DNA of 58,328 bases, the filler included, from Rhizaria sp. SCN 62-66 (Eukaryota), in NCBI GenBank assembly GCA_001724265.1. It is 2 parts of 2 records of this genome, joined end to end, with 100 filler letters (N's around TTAATTAATTAA, not from the genome) between each part and the next. Parts side by side here need not be neighbours in the genome. Positions count along the whole stretch, not along the records: positions 29,326 to 58,328 come from MEDY01000384.1; 1 more part is not named here. The stretch is one strand, 5' to 3'. The notes under the pieces were generated by a model. That model searched no databases. It was given only the letters and a program-made list of their open reading frames with translations, and was not told the origin of the DNA. Numbering within the stretch: position 1 is the stretch's first letter; every line of letters begins with the position of its first letter. The translations under genes were made by a program, and so were the position numbers. Of this stretch, positions 56,701-58,328 are shown in pieces.

Positions 56701-58328
56701 GGCAGCGGTGGCCGGCACTGCCGCGGGCGGCGCAGCGACGGCAGCAGCAAGGCCCCAGCGGCGCAGCGCGCGCGCGGCCTTGTGTGCCTGCGCCAGGGTG
56801 TGCGCAGCAACAAAGGCGGCGGTCACAGGCGGGGTCACATTAGCTGCGGAACGCGCCAAATCGCGGTGCCAGTGCGTGGCTGCAGAGACAGCAGCGTGGA
56901 ATGCACGCACGTCAGGTGCCAGACGGGCTAGCGCGGCAGCGGTGGCTGATGCGGAGCGCGGCGCAGAACCGGCGACAGCAGCGGCGGGCTTAGAAGGGGT
57001 CTTGCCCTTGCTCTTCCCCTTGCCCTTGCCATCAGTCGCGACAGGAGTCGCAGGCTCAGCGGCGGCGACGAAAGCGGCGGCAGGAGCGTCGTTGATGTCG
57101 GTCACTGCGAACGCGGCAACAGCGACGCCGGCCAAGTCTGCAGCGGCTGCAGCAGCACGCGCGATCACGTCAGCGGCCGCAACGACGGCGGCGACTGCCG
57201 CGGCGGAGTCATCGTCCACGACCGCGTTAGCCGCTGCAGCTGCGGCAACTGCCTCTGCCTCAACGGCCGCCGCGGCAGCAAGCGCGTCAGCAAGTGCACG
57301 CCAGCGCACTGCGGCAGCATCGAGCGTCGCAACGGTGGCGATGATGCGCTCGGGGTCGCACGTCTTCGCATCGGCGGACGCCTCCTCATGTGCAAGCGCA
57401 GTCGCGGCGTTCGCGACTTCGGCCGCAACAGCAGCCGCAGATAGCGCCGCGCTCTCGGCCTCGAGTGGGGCGCGCATCAGCGCGGGCGCGAGGCGCATCG
57501 TCGCGGAGGCCGCGGGGAGGCAGTGCAGGAATGTGGCGTGGCCGCGGTCACTGTGGGGCAGCGCGGGCAGCGCCTGCAACGCAGCGGCGTCGCATCCAGC
57601 GCTCGCCACGCGGGCAGCGAGGCGCGCGCGCGCCGCCAGCACGAGCGCCATGTCGGCAACAACCGTGGTCACCGCGGGGCGTGAGGCAGTCCACACCGCC
57701 GTCGTCTCCGCCGCGCCCGCGCTCACAGTCGCTTTCGGGGTCGCCGGCGCGAGAAGACTGCAATCGCGGCGCAGCGTGAGGCTGAGCGCCATGGCCGCAC
57801 CCTCGCTCGCGGCAGGAGTTGGAGCGCTTGCATCGGTGGCAGCGTCGTCGGTGGTCGGCGCACTCATCATAAGGAGCACGGACATAGGCTGCAGCGCGGT
57901 GGCAACAGCATCGCTGTCAGAACCGGCGGCGGAAACCGTGGACGCGCCCTTGCGCGCCGCGGCGGCGACTGCTGCGGCGGCGGCCTCGCGGCGGCGGCGC
58001 ATCTCGGCGCGTACAGCCTCCTCCGCCGCAGCGGCCTCCTCCGCAGCAGCGGCGGCCGCAGCGGCGGCCGCAGCTGCACGCGCGCGACGCCGCGCCTTGC
58101 GCGCTTCGGCGCTGTCGCCCTCCGCAGCCGCAGTCGTGGTCGCCGCAGCGGCGGTGGCGCTTGCAGCGTCGGCGTCGCCGGCAGTCGCGGACGCGGCGGG
58201 CGCAACGATGGCGGCAGCGAGGTTGGCCGGGATCGGCGCGGGGGCCGCGGGTGGGCGGGCGCCGAGCGTGGGCACCGCCGGCACGGGCACGGGCGCGGCG
58301 ATCGCGGCGACGGCGGCGGGGCGGCGGC
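53716..58328 (-). CDS. Large Ala-rich alpha-solenoid protein with split C-terminal RING-H2 finger (Vps41/Vps8/HPS5-like architecture), 5'-truncated
   Basis: Frame is open to the window end. HWGTVVDV...CACCGGAL and, after an insert, VVLACGHVTHARCAPMGVCIVC. Ends TAA TGA. The family assignment is tentative. Confidence 0.55.
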   Translation of the reverse strand, partial: RRPAAVAAIAAPVPVPAVPTLGARPPAAPAPIPANLAAAIVAPAASATAGDADAASATAAAATTTAAAEGDSAEARKARRRARAAAAAAAAAAAAEEAAAAEEAVRAEMRRRREAAAAAVAAAARKGASTVSAAGSDSDAVATALQPMSVLLMMSAPTTDDAATDASAPTPAASEGAAMALSLTLRRDCSLLAPATPKATVSAGAAETTAVWTASRPAVTTVVADMALVLAARARLAARVASAGCDAAALQALPALPHSDRGHATFLHCLPAASATMRLAPALMRAPLEAESAALSAAAVAAEVANAATALAHEEASADAKTCDPERIIATVATLDAAAVRWRALADALAAAAAVEAEAVAAAAAANAVVDDDSAAAVAAVVAAADVIARAAAAAADLAGVAVAAFAVTDINDAPAAAFVAAAEPATPVATDGKGKGKSKGKTPSKPAAAVAGSAPRSASATAAALARLAPDVRAFHAAVSAATHWHRDLARSAANVTPPVTAAFVAAHTLAQAHKAARALRRWGLAAAVAAPPAAVPATAATPADWADAAACALQLPSALAAALRARAAAAPWPSGCAGLVTDSEAGADWVVSVVAAAAGDWLDAPACPTAASAAPTETGDAALLCEGLALNSAAGIGSAVAGAIVGTASAADDVVTAVNATASAISASPAARANPAAAGALLRCLLTLFARPLPAQESTSMPLLTITARSLLWALAAHLARSGASNSPNTESAEPYAGCYLAALPRFAPVGAADKGHDAASAALSLLSLWAASQLPASASGPVFALSLAAGDWASALATAAAGLPHWARALAQPGADGEAASELVDAYSDLVVRVACPSLLGALANALSCARDEPSTTGSSSTPAPARALPRSLRTPAAPSHPEPAAADPNSKRDHPLAALTLTQVLTPAALPSVSLLVPASRALTSVAAEPASTPCAAAAALVTFAGGLSAAQRLALWSRLVVASSAATADAAADASGCAGCTEAAAALGPALLRASLQHASSAAFAAPKCRSGCASAPLSPLQVLLAAATALSPALATALLLTDGPVVAALAELPNDTAAAAQAALAAASPATPAPGFASLAALTAPVEMGAAIGAPSALVLLLLTVTASARAASRLAALAPIAVEALAQQTAPGAPATAVTAPVAAALYKEFTLRQAAAAAGAMAPAATTGGRRGARAHAVLQAPSARTTGAVFSRYFALPAGTALEDATAATSGGVRAAAAPVWSGEGLSLSAAHWGTVVDVSAAARACACCGGALALVLRPVPEDFAVAAGLGAEWGGDDSAREAHATVVITTTGAAPHTRADAAVSAAQTGSVMAAAAVVASGALDALLAGDSAAAEGAASGTSAPGALGGVSLLLPHLSTASSGLVSSGSAVGSPVAGFGASRLGAPALKRPGTLGYLGTRKPVSRAAAAAAAAAAGGVDAAALDDSFAELLGTGGMAGEAGAGDDALSAARADALAETEAAAAVNAGVVLACGHVTHARCAPMGVCIVCTQAVAEGAFAAAADHWQQFDTDNVDGFQDWGVSAAAF

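Noticed and set aside
1-58328. Functional gene cluster (CCZ1 + ATG16 + RING trafficking proteins, or Fe-S genes NBP35 + SDHB)
   Set aside because: The genes are interspersed with unrelated housekeeping genes and lie across an artificial join.
1-58328. CRISPR arrays, transposases, tRNA/rRNA/snRNA genes
   Set aside because: No spaced direct repeats, transposase or RT motifs, or recognisable RNA-gene signatures found by eye. A covariance-model scan would be needed to exclude small RNAs.

Overview
Gene-dense nuclear DNA of a eukaryotic microbe. Exons are very GC-rich and encode Ala/Gly-rich proteins; short AT-rich spliceosomal introns mostly start GTACG; an AK7 gene implies a flagellated stage. 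The window is two contigs joined by an artificial 100-nt N-TTAATTAATTAA-N linker at 29226-29325. I can support 18 protein genes: CCZ1 (partial), acetyl-CoA synthetase, NBP35/NUBP1, a deoxynucleoside kinase, a RING-CH membrane E3 ligase, AK7, CDC6, a PH-like/kinesin-14 fusion, ATG16, an IQ-motif protein (partial), an unknown helical protein, TFIIA large subunit, an R2R3 MYB factor, SDHB, MED20, PSMG2, exportin-4 and a partial protein with a C-terminal RING. No RNA genes, CRISPR arrays or mobile elements were recognised. Two signals stand out. First, an in-frame TAG sits at a Gln-like position inside the RING-CH domain, and no gene ends on a lone TAG, which hints at UAG readthrough or reassignment. 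Second, nearly every start codon has a pyrimidine-rich tract plus AG splice acceptor 4-48 nt upstream, suggesting pervasive 5'UTR introns or spliced-leader trans-splicing. All family calls come from motif recognition by eye, not database searches.
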